Assembly (NCBI RefSeq): GCF_000015585.1
Contig: NC_008789.1
Location: 1,740,001-1,772,000 of the forward strand
Length of the DNA stretch: 32,000 nt
Direction of reading: 5' to 3'
Source: Halorhodospira halophila SL1
GTDB taxonomy: Bacteria > Pseudomonadota > Gammaproteobacteria > Nitrococcales > Halorhodospiraceae
The notes under the pieces were generated by a model, which made no database searches, was not told the DNA's origin, and saw only the letters and a program-made list of their open reading frames with translations. Shown piece by piece: positions 8,386-17,906 of the stretch. The position numbers and the translations under genes were made by a program. How positions within the stretch are numbered: the stretch's first letter is position 1; every line of letters starts with the position of its first letter.

Positions 8386-8414
8386 ATAACAAAGCACAAC
8401 GCGTAAGGCTTCAA
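8386..8414 (-). promoter_or_regulatory. Candidate sigma70-type puf promoter (TTGAAG-N17-TGTTAT on the minus strand)
   Basis: Lies in the relatively AT-rich 112-nt bchZ-pufQ spacer. The -35-like box is at 8409-8414 and the -10-like box at 8386-8391. By-eye match only. Confidence 0.25.
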
Positions 8415-8450
8415 CGGGACAGCGCGCTTTCGCCGCGCCCTATTTGTGCT

Positions 8451-9980
8451 TCAGTTGCCGCGCCCCGGCCCTGCCCCTGGCAGCACGTCGCTGCACCCCT
8501 TGACCCGATCCGCGGTGACTCGTGTCTCACCGGCTTGCTTGGCTCGCTGCTCCGCGGCATCACGCAACCGTTTGGTGGCGGATATGCGGACCAAGACCGG
8601 TTGCTCCTGTACCCAGCGGTCGAGGACCGCTCGAGCCTCTTCATCCCAGGTCAAGGTTTCGGAGGCCTCGCTCTGGACGGCTCGCGAGTCGGCTGCGACA
8701 TTTTGCGCCGTTTTCTCTGCTTGCGAACCGCGGGCCAGAGTGGCCTCCACCTGATCCATTTCCGTACCTAACGGCAGGATGTGGAACAGGGCGTCGAAGA
8801 GCGCGTTACAAACCTCCTGCACGATGTAACAGGCTCCACCGTACCCCATGAACGGGGTCCCCGTGTGGCGGCGTATGACCGCACCAGGGAAGGAGGCAGG
8901 GATATATCTGGCGTGTCCCCCAACTTCCGCTAGATACATCCGCTCGTTGTAACTTCCGAAAAGCACAAGTGGCGGGTTGCCGCGGATTGCGGCACGAATG
9001 GCGTCGTTATCAATCTTGACGCCGGGCGCCCGAGAGAAGGCGAAATTGCAGGGCATACCCAGATCATTCTCAAGAAATTTCTGAATACCCTGGGCATGGG
9101 TTTGCGCGGCAACAATGCCAAAACTCGCCGTGGCGTAAAAATCCTGCGTGACAGAACGCCACAAATCCCAAAGCGGTTTTAGCGTGGTGTGTTTCTCTTT
9201 TTCGATAAACGGCTCCGGATCGAGCCCAAGCTGCTCACCCAACGCGCGCAGGAAACGCGTGGTGCTGTGCAGACCGACCGGCGCCTGCAGATACGGGCGC
9301 CCGAGGGCTTCACACAGCCCACGGCCGTACTCCCGATACATGCAGATGTTGACGTCGGCATCGATGAGCCGCGGAATCTGGTCCACGTGGCAACTGAGAG
9401 GGAAGACCAGATTGACCTCGGCGCCGATCCCTTCGACCAGCCGCCTGACCTCGGCAAGATCCGAAGGCATGTTGAACATGCCGTAGGCGGGGCCGATGAT
9501 GTTGACTCGAGGCGGAGCGCCGGCCTCCCGCTCCCGCGGACGAGGCGGGCGCCCCCGGCGCATCCCGAACTGCTCCCAGAGCCAGCGTAGCGCCCGGTCC
9601 GAGGCCTGCCACTGGTCTTCGTCGATGGTCCGGGGCAGGAAGCGGCGGATACCGGTTCCCTCCGGAGTAACGCCGCCGCCGATCATCTCGGCGATGGAGC
9701 CAGTGACAACGACGCTCGGCTGCTGTGGGTCGAGGGTCCCGTGGGCGCGCTTCATGGCACCCTCGGTGCCCTCGCGGTTCAGCTCTTCCTCCGAGAGGCC
9801 GGTGACGACGACCGGGAGCTCCTCGGGCGGCAGGGCGTCGGTGTAATGCAGTACGGCAGTGACCGGGAGGTTCTCGCAACCAACCGGGCCGTCGATGATC
9901 ACCTGGAGCCCCTTAACCGCCGTGAACGCGTATACGGCCCCCCAGTAGCCCCCCGCACGGTCGAGATCCGGGATGAGCAT
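8451..9980 (-). CDS. bchZ: Chlorophyllide a reductase subunit Z
   Basis: [40 protein letters not shown] matches BchZ N-termini. The ATG at 9980 overlaps the bchY stop (TGATG). Synteny bchXYZ. Confidence 0.93.
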   Translation of the reverse strand: MLIPDLDRAGGYWGAVYAFTAVKGLQVIIDGPVGCENLPVTAVLHYTDALPPEELPVVVTGLSEEELNREGTEGAMKRAHGTLDPQQPSVVVTGSIAEMIGGGVTPEGTGIRRFLPRTIDEDQWQASDRALRWLWEQFGMRRGRPPRPREREAGAPPRVNIIGPAYGMFNMPSDLAEVRRLVEGIGAEVNLVFPLSCHVDQIPRLIDADVNICMYREYGRGLCEALGRPYLQAPVGLHSTTRFLRALGEQLGLDPEPFIEKEKHTTLKPLWDLWRSVTQDFYATASFGIVAAQTHAQGIQKFLENDLGMPCNFAFSRAPGVKIDNDAIRAAIRGNPPLVLFGSYNERMYLAEVGGHARYIPASFPGAVIRRHTGTPFMGYGGACYIVQEVCNALFDALFHILPLGTEMDQVEATLARGSQAEKTAQNVAADSRAVQSEASETLTWDEEARAVLDRWVQEQPVLVRISATKRLRDAAEQRAKQAGETRVTADRVKGCSDVLPGAGPGRGN

Positions 9981-11347
9981 CAGCCCTCCTCCCCGCACCG
10001 CCGGGCGCCACCGCCGCGGATCTCGACCCGCGGCGGAATCTGCGGTGGTTCGCTCCACACGCCCCCGGTTTCACCCGTTCCCACGCCGGCAAAGAATGCA
10101 TTCATGGCGTCGAAGCGCTCCTTGTTCCCGATGGCGGCGTTGATGACCTGTGCCAACGCCGCGGGGCCGGACGGCCCCATAAGCGGCCGCGCTGAGATCA
10201 GATTGGTGAAGTAAAGGCCGGGAATGGCCTGCTCCTTGGCGTGCTGGACCACGGGTGTGGTGCCGATGGCCAGGTCGGGCTGGTGTTCATCGACCGCCCC
10301 GGTGTCATCCTCCAGGCTGGCTCGGAACCGGACCGGGATGCCCCGTGCCGCCAGCCATTCGCGATCCGGATCGGACCACGGCGTCTGCCCCACTGCCGTC
10401 CCCACGTAGCGGACATCGGCACCGCACTCCACCAGCAGACGGGCGACCAGCAGTTCCGAGCCTTCATAACCGGAGACCGTGATCCGACCTCGGACCGGTG
10501 CGGCAGCCACGGCCTCCTGGAGGGCCGGCAGAGCGGCCGCCTTCGCGGCGTCGATCTCCGCACGCCCGACGTCGCAGGCGGCCCCGACCGCCTCCAGCCA
10601 GGCGGCTGTGCCGTCACACCCGACCGGGGCCGAGGGCACCAGGGCCCGACCGGCTGCCTCGAATTCGGCCAGCGACGCCGTATAGAACGGGTGGATCGCA
10701 GCGGCCGCGCGGCAGTCGAGTGCCGCATAGAGCTCGCGCCACTCCCGCGTCGGGACCACCTGGCCCGCGGCCAACCCCATCGGTTCGAGCAGTCGGCTGA
10801 TGCTGACCGGGTCCCCCGGAAACATCTCGCCAAGCAGCGCCACCGTGGGCCGTTCTCCCCGCCCGCTGCGCGGCGCCGCCACAGGGCCTTGTTCCGCCTC
10901 TTGCCGGGCGTAGCGCAGCATGGCAGCGGCGAGCTTGTCCTTGGCCTCGGCGTGAGTGGGTACGCCGAACCCGGGCACCTCCAGCGGCACCACCCGAACC
11001 CCGTTGATCGCCTCTGGCAACAGCCGCAGCGGCACACCCGAAGCCGTCGGGACGCACAGGTTGATCACCACGATGGCGTCGTAACGCTCGGGATCCGCCA
11101 GATCGTGGACCGCCTGATGGACATCCTCGAACAGGCCGCCGGTCACCAACGATTCGGAATCGAAGGGTACATAACCGACACTCCGCCGGGCGCCGTAAAA
11201 ATGGGAGGTGAAGGTCAGACCGTAGACACAGCAGGCCGATCCCGCCACCACCGTGGCGGTACGGCGCATGCGCAGTCCCACGCGCAGCGACCCGAAGGCC
11301 GGGCACATGGTCTGGGGTTGATCATGGGGTCCCGCTCGCTCACTCAT
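9980..11347 (-). CDS. bchY: Chlorophyllide a reductase subunit Y
   Basis: Nitrogenase-like NifD/BchN-type sequence ...[35 protein letters not shown] at 11347 is preceded by GGAGAAAGG, 22 nt after the bchX stop. Confidence 0.92.
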   Translation of the reverse strand: MSERAGPHDQPQTMCPAFGSLRVGLRMRRTATVVAGSACCVYGLTFTSHFYGARRSVGYVPFDSESLVTGGLFEDVHQAVHDLADPERYDAIVVINLCVPTASGVPLRLLPEAINGVRVVPLEVPGFGVPTHAEAKDKLAAAMLRYARQEAEQGPVAAPRSGRGERPTVALLGEMFPGDPVSISRLLEPMGLAAGQVVPTREWRELYAALDCRAAAAIHPFYTASLAEFEAAGRALVPSAPVGCDGTAAWLEAVGAACDVGRAEIDAAKAAALPALQEAVAAAPVRGRITVSGYEGSELLVARLLVECGADVRYVGTAVGQTPWSDPDREWLAARGIPVRFRASLEDDTGAVDEHQPDLAIGTTPVVQHAKEQAIPGLYFTNLISARPLMGPSGPAALAQVINAAIGNKERFDAMNAFFAGVGTGETGGVWSEPPQIPPRVEIRGGGARRCGEEG

Positions 11348-11369
11348 GGCCCTTTCTCCGGGGTCTGTC

Positions 11370-12296
11370 TCAGGTATCGTCGTAGACGATCTCCAGGGAA
11401 GGCTTCCTGGTCGCCCCCTGCGGGCACATGTCCTCCGGAGTGGCGGGCACAAGCTCCACCTCGCCGCCAACCTCGTCACTCTTGAACAGCCCGAGCAGCT
11501 GATCGTGGCTCAACGGCTGAGGCATGACCGGCGGAGCACCGGCGATGTTCTGCGCCAGCTGCTCGAACAGGGGCCCCCAGGGACCACCGGGATACCCGAT
11601 AATCTCGTAATTGGCACTCTTGCGGCGGATCTCGTCATCGGCGGGGATGCTCGAGAGCACCGGGATGCCGGCCTGCCCAGCCAGCGCCTGCGCCTCGCCG
11701 GTGCCATCGTCCTTGTTGACCACCAGACCGGCGACGCCAACGCTCCCGCCCAGCCGGCTGAAGTACTCCACCGCCGAGCAGACATTGTTGACCACATACA
11801 GCGACTGCAGGTCGTTGGCCCCCACCAGGATCACCTTCTGACAGAGATCGCGGGCAATGGGCAGACCGAAGCCACCACAGACCACGTCGCCGAGAAAGTC
11901 GAGCAGAACGTAGTCGAAGTCCCACTCGTGGAAGCCCAGGTTCTCGAGGATCTCGAAGCCGTGGATGATCCCGCGCCCGCCACAGCCCCGGCCGACCTCC
12001 GGCCCGCCAAGCTCCATGGCGAAGACTCCGTCGCGCTTGAAGCAGACATCGCCGATGCTGAGCGTCTCGCCGGCTGCCTTCTTGCGCGAGGAGGTGTCGA
12101 TGATCGTCGGGCAGGCCCGCCCGCCGAAGAGCAGCGAGGTGGTGTCACTCTTGGGGTCGCAGCCGATGAGCAGGACCTTCTTGCCCTGCTGCGCCATCAT
12201 GTAGGAGAGGTTGGAGAGCGTGAAGCTCTTGCCGATCCCCCCCTTGCCGTAGATGGCGATGATCTGGGTCTCTTTCGCCGGCTGCTCGCTGCTCAT
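11370..12296 (-). CDS. bchX: Chlorophyllide a reductase iron protein subunit X
   Basis: NifH/BchL-like P-loop IAIYGKGGIGKS and conserved Cys ligands. The ATG at 12296 overlaps the bchC stop (TGATG). Confidence 0.95.
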   Translation of the reverse strand: MSSEQPAKETQIIAIYGKGGIGKSFTLSNLSYMMAQQGKKVLLIGCDPKSDTTSLLFGGRACPTIIDTSSRKKAAGETLSIGDVCFKRDGVFAMELGGPEVGRGCGGRGIIHGFEILENLGFHEWDFDYVLLDFLGDVVCGGFGLPIARDLCQKVILVGANDLQSLYVVNNVCSAVEYFSRLGGSVGVAGLVVNKDDGTGEAQALAGQAGIPVLSSIPADDEIRRKSANYEIIGYPGGPWGPLFEQLAQNIAGAPPVMPQPLSHDQLLGLFKSDEVGGEVELVPATPEDMCPQGATRKPSLEIVYDDT

Positions 12297-13279
12297 CAGC
12301 TGTTTCTCCAGTCGAGGACCATCTTGAGGCAATCGGGATCGCCGAAGGCGATCCGGTAGGCCGATGCCGCCTCAGCGGCATCGAGGCAGTGGGTGATCAA
12401 ACCGTCGAGGCTCAGCGCCCCCGTCTCGATCTTGCCGGTCACGGCCTCGAGGTCAGACCGCTGCCACTCGGCAGCCACCCGCAACCGGGCTTCCCGCATG
12501 AAGGCCGAGGGGAACGCGAAGGACAGCCGATCACTGTAGAAACCGGCGAGCACGACCTCTCCGCCGTGACCGAGACGGCCGATGAGGGTATCGAGGAGGC
12601 CAGCATCGCCACTGACATCGCAGATCCGCGGATAGTCGTGGCGCTCATCGCTGTCCGGGTCCACCACCGTATACCCCTCGGCGCCGGCCCGGCGGTCCGC
12701 ATTGGTTTCCCAAACCGTGGGGGGATGGTCGACCAGCACCCCGATCCGGGCGATCAGCCGACCCAGGACGCCGTGCCCGACCACCAGATCCGGTGGCGCC
12801 TCGGCCACCGCGTGCCACGCCGTAGCCGCCAGGGCGAGCAACACCCCCCGCTCGCCCAGCCCGTCAGGCAGCGGTATGACCCGCTCACCGGAGACCACGA
12901 CACGCGATGCAGCCCCGCCGAAGAGCCCGCTGACCTCTTGGTAGCAGCGCGCGCCGGGGACGAAGACGACCTCGCCTTCCCGCCTGCCGGACTCAGCACC
13001 GGCTGTGACGACACGCCCCACCGACTCGTAGCCGGGGACCAGCGGATAGGCGAGCCCCGGGAACTGGGGCATCGTGCCCTTCCAGAGCAGGCGCTCGGTG
13101 CCGGTGCTGATGCCGCTGAACTCGATGTCGACGACGACATCCCCCGGGCCGGGGTCGATCAGGGCTACATCCTGGAGGGCGAGGCGTTCAGGGGCCTCGA
13201 AGACGACCGCACGAGCCGAGCGGGGACCGGAACCCGGCCCACCCGGATCGACACTCGATGCAGGGCTTGGGTCAGACAT
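12296..13279 (-). CDS. bchC: 3-hydroxyethyl (bacterio)chlorophyllide a dehydrogenase
   Basis: Medium-chain dehydrogenase fold (GHGVLGRL nucleotide-binding region). 327 aa. Synteny crtF-bchC-bchXYZ. Confidence 0.88.
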   Translation of the reverse strand: MSDPSPASSVDPGGPGSGPRSARAVVFEAPERLALQDVALIDPGPGDVVVDIEFSGISTGTERLLWKGTMPQFPGLAYPLVPGYESVGRVVTAGAESGRREGEVVFVPGARCYQEVSGLFGGAASRVVVSGERVIPLPDGLGERGVLLALAATAWHAVAEAPPDLVVGHGVLGRLIARIGVLVDHPPTVWETNADRRAGAEGYTVVDPDSDERHDYPRICDVSGDAGLLDTLIGRLGHGGEVVLAGFYSDRLSFAFPSAFMREARLRVAAEWQRSDLEAVTGKIETGALSLDGLITHCLDAAEAASAYRIAFGDPDCLKMVLDWRNS

Positions 13280-13281
13280 GG

Positions 13282-13325
13282 TGTCAGCCTAACTTGACTT
13301 CCCCGTGTGTCAAGCTGGTCGATCA
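13282..13325 (-). promoter_or_regulatory. bchC upstream element: TTGACA box plus two degenerate PpsR/CrtJ-like 18-mers in a 26-bp register
   Basis: Minus-strand read: TGATC-gaccagct-TGACA / cacgggga / AGTCA-agttaggc-TGACA-cc-ATG. It fills the whole 43-nt crtF-bchC spacer. Confidence 0.35.
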
Positions 13326-14468
13326 CCGGGATAGACTGCGGCTTTTAGCCGCAATCACACGGGCCTGGAGCGGATTGCAGCCTGGCAGCAGCCGAACCTG
13401 TTCGAAGCCGGCGGCCTCGAGAAGCCCGCGGTTCTCGGCGACGGTACGGGGGCGCCCCCGACCCATGGCGAAGAGGTAGATGCCGAAGTAGGCGCCCCCC
13501 ACCCGCTCTGCCCCCGGGGTTCCCGCCATCGGCTCGGCGACCAGCACCGTGGTCCCGGGCTCCAGGCTGCGGTGGAGGTTGTCAAGCAACCGAGCCGCCT
13601 CCTGATCATCGTGATCATGCAGGATGCGCACCAGCGTGACGACGTCGACATCGCCGGGCAGGGGATCCCGGAAGAAGTCGAGCCCCAGGGACTCGAGGCG
13701 CCCATTGAGCCCCTCCTCGTCGATGCGCCCCTGCGCCCGCTCCGCCACGGCGGGGAGATCCACCACCCGCCCCTGCAGGTGCGGCCAGCGGCGGGCAGCC
13801 GCCATCAGGAAGGCCCCCTCACCGCCGCCGACATCCATCAGGCGTCGGTGGCGACGCAGCGAATAGGCGTCGAGTACCTCCGCGGCCACCATCGGCTGTG
13901 ATGCGGCCATCAGACCGCTGTACGCCCCGACTTCGATGCCGGTCAGGGTATCCGGCGCCTGGTTGCCGGCGTAGGCCCAGTAACGCCCAAGGGCCGTGGC
14001 GCCGCGCTCACCCTGTAGCAGGGCCAACGGATCTTGGAGATCCTCGTAGAGCAGGGCGTGGTGCTCGACCATGGCGCGGACCCCGGGCGCCGCCACCAGC
14101 ACGGCCCCCAGGTCGCCGAGGCCGTAGCGCCCGGCGCTTCGAACCTCGGCCAGGCGCAAGGCCACGGCCGCCTCGAGCAGCCGCTGGCCGGCCATCTCGG
14201 GCAATCCGAGACGGCTCAACAACCGGTCGGGCGGCTGCGCCCCCTCATTGAGCAGATCCAGCAGGCCGCTGCGCACACTGGCCAGGACGACCTGCGAGTA
14301 GATGAAGCCGGCGCACAGGTCGAACAGCTCGCTGGAGCGTCGCCGGGCGATGGGTCGGGTCAGCGGGAAGCGCGCGGCCAGCCGGTGGAAGCGGGAGCTA
14401 GCCAGCAGGCGGTCCCGCCAGTCGTGCAGGCGGTCCCGCCACGGACTATTTCGCCAGGTGCGGATCAC
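13323..14468 (-). CDS. crtF: Hydroxyneurosporene / demethylspheroidene O-methyltransferase
   Basis: Class I SAM-dependent O-methyltransferase with LMDVGGGEG motif. 381 aa. GTG start overlaps the crtE stop (GTGA). Synteny crtE-crtF-bchC. Confidence 0.88.
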   Translation of the reverse strand: MIRTWRNSPWRDRLHDWRDRLLASSRFHRLAARFPLTRPIARRRSSELFDLCAGFIYSQVVLASVRSGLLDLLNEGAQPPDRLLSRLGLPEMAGQRLLEAAVALRLAEVRSAGRYGLGDLGAVLVAAPGVRAMVEHHALLYEDLQDPLALLQGERGATALGRYWAYAGNQAPDTLTGIEVGAYSGLMAASQPMVAAEVLDAYSLRRHRRLMDVGGGEGAFLMAAARRWPHLQGRVVDLPAVAERAQGRIDEEGLNGRLESLGLDFFRDPLPGDVDVVTLVRILHDHDDQEAARLLDNLHRSLEPGTTVLVAEPMAGTPGAERVGGAYFGIYLFAMGRGRPRTVAENRGLLEAAGFEQVRLLPGCNPLQARVIAAKSRSLSR

Positions 14469-15340
14469 GCCGCGCTACGGCCCAAGCTCTCGGGCAGCAC
14501 CCGTTCCATCTCCTGGAGGATCCCCGCGCGCAGCTGCTCGGCCCCGGCGCATTCCGGCACGGCATCGACGGCTTCCTGAACCAGCCGATCCAGGCGCTCC
14601 TTGGCACCCTGCAGACCGTGCTCGGAGACCGCATTGGCAAGGCCGTGGGAGGAGTCCTGACCAGTGGGCTTGCCCAACTCATCCTCTGCGCCAACGGCGT
14701 CGCGCAGGTCGTCGGCAACCTGGTACGCCTCGCCCAGCCGCTCACCCACGATCCGCCAACGGTCCGCCTGGTCCTCGGCGCCCGCGGCGATGGCGCCCGC
14801 GACGGTCGCGGCGGCAAACAGCGACCCGGTCTTGGCCTGATGGTACTCCGCCACCGGGATCTCCGGCTCGGACTCCCAGGCCTGTCCGGCGGTAATGCCG
14901 TAGGGCATGCCGGTCGCTCGGGTCACCGTGGTCAGCAGGGCGCCGGCCCGCTGCGGGGCCTGCGGCACCGTCAACGCCAGCGTCTCCAGCGCGTGGACGA
15001 TGAGCGCATCGCCAGCCAGCACGGCCAACCGCTCGCCGTAAGCGGCGTGTACCGAAGGCTGCCCGCGCCGGGTCGCCGCGTCGTCGAAACACGGCAGGTC
15101 GTCGTGGACCAGCGAGGCACAATGCATCAGCTCGATGGCGGTGGCCGCCGCGTCGGCCAGCTCGGGATGATCGTCGCCGCAGGCGGCGGCGACCGTCAGG
15201 CACAGGCGCGGCCGCACCCGGGCACCGCCAGCGAACACGGCGTGGCGGACGGCGTGCGCTAGCTGCGGCGGGGCAGGGGCCGCCGTTGCCCGGGCCACTG
15301 CAGCCTCTAGGGCGCTTTCGATTCTCTTGCTCGGTTCCAT
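14465..15340 (-). CDS. crtE: Geranylgeranyl diphosphate synthase
   Basis: Polyprenyl synthase Asp-rich motifs (LVHDDLPCFDD and QVADDLRD). 291 aa. Strong GGGAGGGGG Shine-Dalgarno. Confidence 0.9.
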   Translation of the reverse strand: MEPSKRIESALEAAVARATAAPAPPQLAHAVRHAVFAGGARVRPRLCLTVAAACGDDHPELADAAATAIELMHCASLVHDDLPCFDDAATRRGQPSVHAAYGERLAVLAGDALIVHALETLALTVPQAPQRAGALLTTVTRATGMPYGITAGQAWESEPEIPVAEYHQAKTGSLFAAATVAGAIAAGAEDQADRWRIVGERLGEAYQVADDLRDAVGAEDELGKPTGQDSSHGLANAVSEHGLQGAKERLDRLVQEAVDAVPECAGAEQLRAGILQEMERVLPESLGRSAA

Positions 15341-15424
15341 GTAGCCCCCTCCCGCCGGCGGCGTGTAGGCTTGCGTTCCAGGGAAGATATGAGTCGTCGA
15401 GTACGCTAGTCAGGGACCCACCCC

Positions 15425-16987
15425 ATGTCAACGTCGCTGCGATGCCCAACCGCAGGAGAACAACAAGCCGTGGTGATCGGGGCCGGAGTCGGGGGGCTTG
15501 CCGCCGCCATCGATCTGGCCTCTGCCGGCCTGCGCGTCACCCTGCTGGAACAAGCCCCCAGCCCCGGAGGCAAGCTGCGCCCGGTCTGCGTCGGCGACGC
15601 CTGGCTCGACGCCGGACCGACGGTCTTCACCATGCGAGGGGCCTTCGAAGAGCTCTTCGCCAACGCCGGAGAACGGCTTGAGGACCATTTGCGCCTGCGC
15701 CCGGTTGAGCGCCTGGCGCGACACGCCTGGGCGGATGGCGGCCAGCTGGACCTGTTCGCTGATCCGCGCCGCTCCGCGGAGGCTATTGGCGAATTCGCCG
15801 GCCCCGAAGAGGCCCGCCGCTTCCGCGCTTTCTGCCGACGTGCCGCCGAGATTCACGACACCCTGGACGCCACCTTCATGCGCGCCCAGCGCACCACCCC
15901 GCTCGGGCTATTCCACCGGGTGGGTTACCGCAACCTGGGCGCCATGCTGCGCATCAGTCCATTTACCACCCTCTGGCAGGCCCTCGGCCGGTATTTCAAG
16001 GACCCGCGCCTGCGCCAACTCTACGGTCGCTACGCAACCTACTGCGGCTCGTCCCCCTTTGCCGCGCCGGCCACACTGATGCTGATCGCCCATGTGGAGT
16101 CGGAGGGGGTCTGGCAGGTGGATGGCGGCATGCATCAGCTGGCGGCCGCGCTGGCCGGCCTCGCCGAGCGCTGCGGGGTCGAGCTGCGCTGCGCGACGCA
16201 GGCGCAACGAATCCACACCACCCGGGGCCGGGCCAGCGGGGTCGAGCTGGCCACCGGCGAGATCCTGCCGGCGGACGTGGTGGTCAGCAACAGCGACGCT
16301 GCCGCTCTGGCGCAGGGACTGTTCGGCGATCACCTGCGCCCGGCCGTCCGCCGGCAGCCCCCGCGGGTCCGCTCACAGTCCGCTATCACCTGGAACTGGC
16401 GAGCCGAGACCCGGGGTTTTCCCCTCCACCACCACTCGGTCTTCTTCAGCAGCGATTACGCCGACGAGTTCGACGCCGTCTTCCGCCGCGGCGAACCGCC
16501 ACCGGAACCGACGGTCTACATCTGCGCCCAGGATCGCCACGATCAGCAGTCGGTGACGGGCCCCGAGCGCCTGCTCTGCCTGATCAACGCCCCGGCCCAC
16601 GGTGACGTGAAAAGCTTCAGCGACACGGAGATCCATCGATGCCAACACCAGACCCTCTCGCTCCTGGAACGCTGTGGCCTCAGCCTCCAGCCCACCGAGG
16701 AGCCCCCGGTGATCCACACGCCGACCGACTTCGAGCGGCGCTATCCGGCCACCGGAGGGGCCCTGTACGGGATGGCCAGCCACGGCTGGCGGGCCTCCTT
16801 TCAGCGGCCGGCGGCTCGCACACGAGTACCGGGCCTCTATCTGGCGGGGGGCAGTACACACCCCGGGGCGGGGCTGCCGATGGCGATGATGTCGGGGCGC
16901 CTGGCGGCGGAGCAGGTGCTGGCCGACCTGACTTCCGACACGCGGTTCCGTCGGGCGGCTACGTCTGGTGGTACCTCGACGCCCTGA
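15425..16987 (+). CDS. crtD: Hydroxyneurosporene / methoxyneurosporene 3,4-desaturase
   Basis: CrtI-family FAD fold VVIGAGVGGLAAAIDL and C-terminal GGSTHPGAGLPMAMMSGRLAA. Divergent from crtE and followed by crtC, as in Rhodobacter. Confidence 0.88.
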   Translation: MSTSLRCPTAGEQQAVVIGAGVGGLAAAIDLASAGLRVTLLEQAPSPGGKLRPVCVGDAWLDAGPTVFTMRGAFEELFANAGERLEDHLRLRPVERLARHAWADGGQLDLFADPRRSAEAIGEFAGPEEARRFRAFCRRAAEIHDTLDATFMRAQRTTPLGLFHRVGYRNLGAMLRISPFTTLWQALGRYFKDPRLRQLYGRYATYCGSSPFAAPATLMLIAHVESEGVWQVDGGMHQLAAALAGLAERCGVELRCATQAQRIHTTRGRASGVELATGEILPADVVVSNSDAAALAQGLFGDHLRPAVRRQPPRVRSQSAITWNWRAETRGFPLHHHSVFFSSDYADEFDAVFRRGEPPPEPTVYICAQDRHDQQSVTGPERLLCLINAPAHGDVKSFSDTEIHRCQHQTLSLLERCGLSLQPTEEPPVIHTPTDFERRYPATGGALYGMASHGWRASFQRPAARTRVPGLYLAGGSTHPGAGLPMAMMSGRLAAEQVLADLTSDTRFRRAATSGGTSTP

Positions 16988-17862
16988 GCGATGACGGCCG
17001 CCACGGGCTGACCGTCATCCTGTTCGTCGGCAGCGTGTTCTCGCCCTATTACGCCTGGGCTCGACAACGCGGGACCCCGAACCCGGAGGACCACTGCGCC
17101 TTCAATGTCGCCCTCTACGGCGAGAAGCGCGGCCACTGGTCCATGACTGAGCGGGACCGGCACGCGCTACAACGGGACCGCGACACCCTCATCGTCGGCC
17201 CCAGCCAGGCACGCTGGGTTGATGGAGAACTCCTGCTGGATATCGATGAGATCACCTTCCCACGCCCCGCCTATCTGCGTGGCCGCATCCGCCTGACCCC
17301 GCGGGTCGCCAACGACCAGTCGTTGGTCCTGGACGCTGCAGGACGCCACCGCTGGTGCGCCCTGGCGCCCTGTGCTCGGGTCGAGGTGGAGATGGAAAAG
17401 CCGCGGGTCCGCTGGCAAGGCGAAGGCTACCTTGACAGCAATGCCGGCGATGAGCCCCTGGAAGATGGGTTCAGCGGCTGGCACTGGTCGCGGGCCAGTG
17501 ACACGGACGGGACAACCGTGCTCTACGATGTCACCCCCCGCCAGGGAGCCCCCTACCGCAAGGCGATCCACTTCGATCATCAGGGGACCGTCCAAGAGAC
17601 CCCCGCGCCGGACCCGGCGCCCCTGCCCACCGCCCTATGGGGCATCCGCAGACGGATCCCCTCCGACACGCCGGAGAAGGCACGGCTGATCGAAACCTTT
17701 GAGGATACGCCGTTCTACGCCCGATCGCTGGTCGCCACCGAGGTCGATGGCCGTCCGCTGCATGCGGTCCACGAGAGTCTCAACCTGGACCGCTTCGCCA
17801 GCGCCTGGGTCAAACCGCTGCTACCGTTCCGGATGCCGCGGCGTAAGACGCGGGCGACCTGA
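16639..17862 (+). CDS. crtC: Acyclic carotenoid 1,2-hydratase (hydroxyneurosporene synthase); start codon unresolved
   Basis: Conserved CrtC sequence starts near 16933 (FRHAVPSGGYVWWYLDALSDDGRHGLTVILFVGSVFSPYYAWAR...). The only in-frame ATG/GTG/TTG upstream of it is the ATG at 16639, which would overlap crtD by 349 nt. The stop is secure; the start is not. Confidence 0.8.
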   Translation: MPTPDPLAPGTLWPQPPAHRGAPGDPHADRLRAALSGHRRGPVRDGQPRLAGLLSAAGGSHTSTGPLSGGGQYTPRGGAADGDDVGAPGGGAGAGRPDFRHAVPSGGYVWWYLDALSDDGRHGLTVILFVGSVFSPYYAWARQRGTPNPEDHCAFNVALYGEKRGHWSMTERDRHALQRDRDTLIVGPSQARWVDGELLLDIDEITFPRPAYLRGRIRLTPRVANDQSLVLDAAGRHRWCALAPCARVEVEMEKPRVRWQGEGYLDSNAGDEPLEDGFSGWHWSRASDTDGTTVLYDVTPRQGAPYRKAIHFDHQGTVQETPAPDPAPLPTALWGIRRRIPSDTPEKARLIETFEDTPFYARSLVATEVDGRPLHAVHESLNLDRFASAWVKPLLPFRMPRRKTRAT

Positions 17863-17875
17863 CCCCGGTGAACAC

Positions 17876-17904
17876 CGCCACGGGCGGCACTGCCGCCTGT
17901 GGCG
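17876..17904. terminator. GC-rich stem-loop in the 44-nt gap between convergent crtC and the 47-codon ORF
   Basis: CGCCAC-g-GGCGGC-act-GCCGCC-t-GTGGCG, 12 bp in total. No clear U-tract on either side. Confidence 0.45.
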
Positions 17905-17906
17905 AT

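Noticed and set aside
15341-15424. Looked for exact PpsR/CrtJ TGT-N12-ACA palindromes and a sigma54 promoter (TGGAAC...) in the crtE-crtD divergent spacer
   Set aside because: TGTAGgcttgcgtTCCAG does not end in ACA. The TGGAAC element lacks a GC dinucleotide at the required -12 spacing. No site could be supported, although this is a known regulatory spacer in Rhodobacter.
16639-16932. Taking the ATG at 16639 as the true crtC start (98-aa N-terminal extension)
   Set aside because: The extension is low-complexity Pro/Gly/Ala/Arg and lies wholly inside the conserved C-terminal third of crtD in another frame. It corresponds to nothing I recognise in CrtC proteins. I retained the coordinate only as the maximal ORF and report the problem as a finding.
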